From positions 124,001 through 188,000 of the forward strand of contig JALMLS010000585.1 in NCBI GenBank assembly GCA_038496445.1: DNA of 64,000 nt. The letters are read 5' to 3'. This document shows positions 62,638 through 64,000 of this stretch, in pieces (the stretch's first letter is position 1; every line of letters starts with the position of its first letter). The notes below the pieces were generated by a model. It did no database searches. It was not told the origin of the DNA and saw only the letters and a program-made list of their open reading frames with translations. A program made the translations under genes and the position numbers. The stretch comes from Trichosphaerium sp. ATCC 40318 (taxonomy: Eukaryota > Protista > Tubulinea).

Positions 62638-64000
62638 ATGGCTGATAGTAAAAAATATGAAAAGTCAGAAGGAGACGAAGAAACAGTCCAAATGATACAA
62701 GTTCGTCAAGTTTTATTTTAAAATTAACAACTAAAGTGTTATTAGAGGCCTATACGAGGTGAAACAGAAGAAGGGACATCAGTCGTGGCTTGGGTATTAG
62801 GTGGGGTTTGTTTACCTCTCACTTTGCTTTGTAGTTGGTTTACAGTACAAGTACGTTAGCTGTGATCACGTGACATCTTTTTTTTAAATAGTTTAACGAC
62901 ATTTTTCCGTTTTCTTTTCGTATTCAGTTCTTGCTTATCTGTGACGATTAGGAACGCGAAGAAGTAGTTGTATTGAGTTATGGTAAATTCGTTGGAATTG
63001 AAACCGAACCTGGATGTCACTGTAGGCACGTACTACACTAATATACATTCCAAATATGGGTTTATAATCTTACCTATATTTGCGTAATTGTTCGTTCTTC
63101 TTACATTTCTCCACTTAGAAATTGCTGGGGTAGAGAGCTTCGTAGAATATCTACAGCAACATTAACGTCAGAAATACCACCAACAAAAGTAATTGACCGC
63201 AACGGTAACCCAGGTACGCCAAAATTGGATATCTCCTCTTACCAGCATACTAACATCTCAACCTAGTTGTTGTTTCGGGTATTGTAACGTACTACTTCGA
63301 AGATCCAAAGAAAGCAGCCATTGACATTGGAAACTACATGCAGGTAAAGAAACCAACATTCTCAAAGCCTTTGTTAGTGTTGGCTTTAGCATGTGTTTAA
63401 CCTCAGTCGCTCAACCTTTTAGTTTGTGAACGATCAAGCTCAAGTAACTATGAAGCAACTGGTTTCTCGTTATCCATACGAAGCTGATTTTGGAGAAGAT
63501 GAGTACGATTCTAATGCAAAATGAAAAAAAAATGAGGAAAAATAGTCTGCTAACTGACCTTTTTTCAGAGACAGCACAAAAGACCATGAACCATGTTTGA
63601 AAACAGAAGCTCGCGAAATACAAATGGAGTTTACAGAATTACTCCAAAATCGTGTTGATATCGCAGGAGCACGTGTATGTGACTTGTGACGAGAAAAATC
63701 TACAAAAATTTAAACTAAGCTGATCGCTTTCTTAGGTTTTGTCTTTTCAGTTTAATGAGCTCAGTTATGCTCCTGAGATTGCTGCTGGTATGTTAAAGAG
63801 ACAACAAGCAAAAGCACTTGTTGATGCAAGAAAAAGTACGCCCTGTGGATATGAATGAGCTTTACCATTAGATCAATCTTTTATTTCCTCTGAGGAACAA
63901 CTTGACTTACTTATTTACACTAGCCATTGTATCTGGTGCTGTGGATATTGCTTATTCGGCTATGGAACAACTCGAACAACGAGGTGTTACCCTGCAACCT
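62638..64000 (+). CDS. SPFH/Band-7 domain membrane protein (runs off the right edge)
   Basis: VVVLSYGKFVGIETEPG, KVIDRNGNP, SRYPY, ELSYAPEIAAGMLKRQQA and IVSGAVDIA. Confidence 0.9.

Overview
This is an intron-rich, AT-rich eukaryotic genomic window, most likely from an amoebozoan. That inference rests on a RhoGEF-ankyrin-LRR-Roc-COR-kinase ROCO gene, an Shk-type kinase-SH2 gene, a Rac-like GTPase and short GT/GC-AG introns. Ordinary host genes flank a ~28-kb nest of transposons. (1) A 17.7-kb DNA transposon (19749-37473) has CAGGTCT termini, a 2-bp TA target-site duplication (TSD) and TATACCA subterminal arrays, and sits in a 67-nt intron of a host gene. It encodes a spliced CMC (EnSpm/CACTA/Mirage/Plavaka-type) DDE transposase, a protein with a 2OG-Fe(II) dioxygenase motif set, and two further ORFs. 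It also carries ~5 kb of co-oriented, intron-containing host gene fragments: pieces of the neighbouring ROCO gene, a DPP5-like S9 peptidase, ankyrin repeats, a mucin repeat and a PCCB fragment. The captured ROCO copy has preferentially lost CpGs. (2) A young Ty3/Gypsy LTR retrotransposon (37988-47320; LTRs differ at 2 of 357 sites) is interrupted by three insertions. Two are ~1-kb non-autonomous CAGG...CCTG elements, both inserted in TCTAAAGC and each carrying exon-like cargo. The third is a 582-bp hairpin-rich element with no terminal inverted repeats (TIRs) and a GTT duplication. All gene models were built by eye, exon boundaries are approximate, and no database searches were run.
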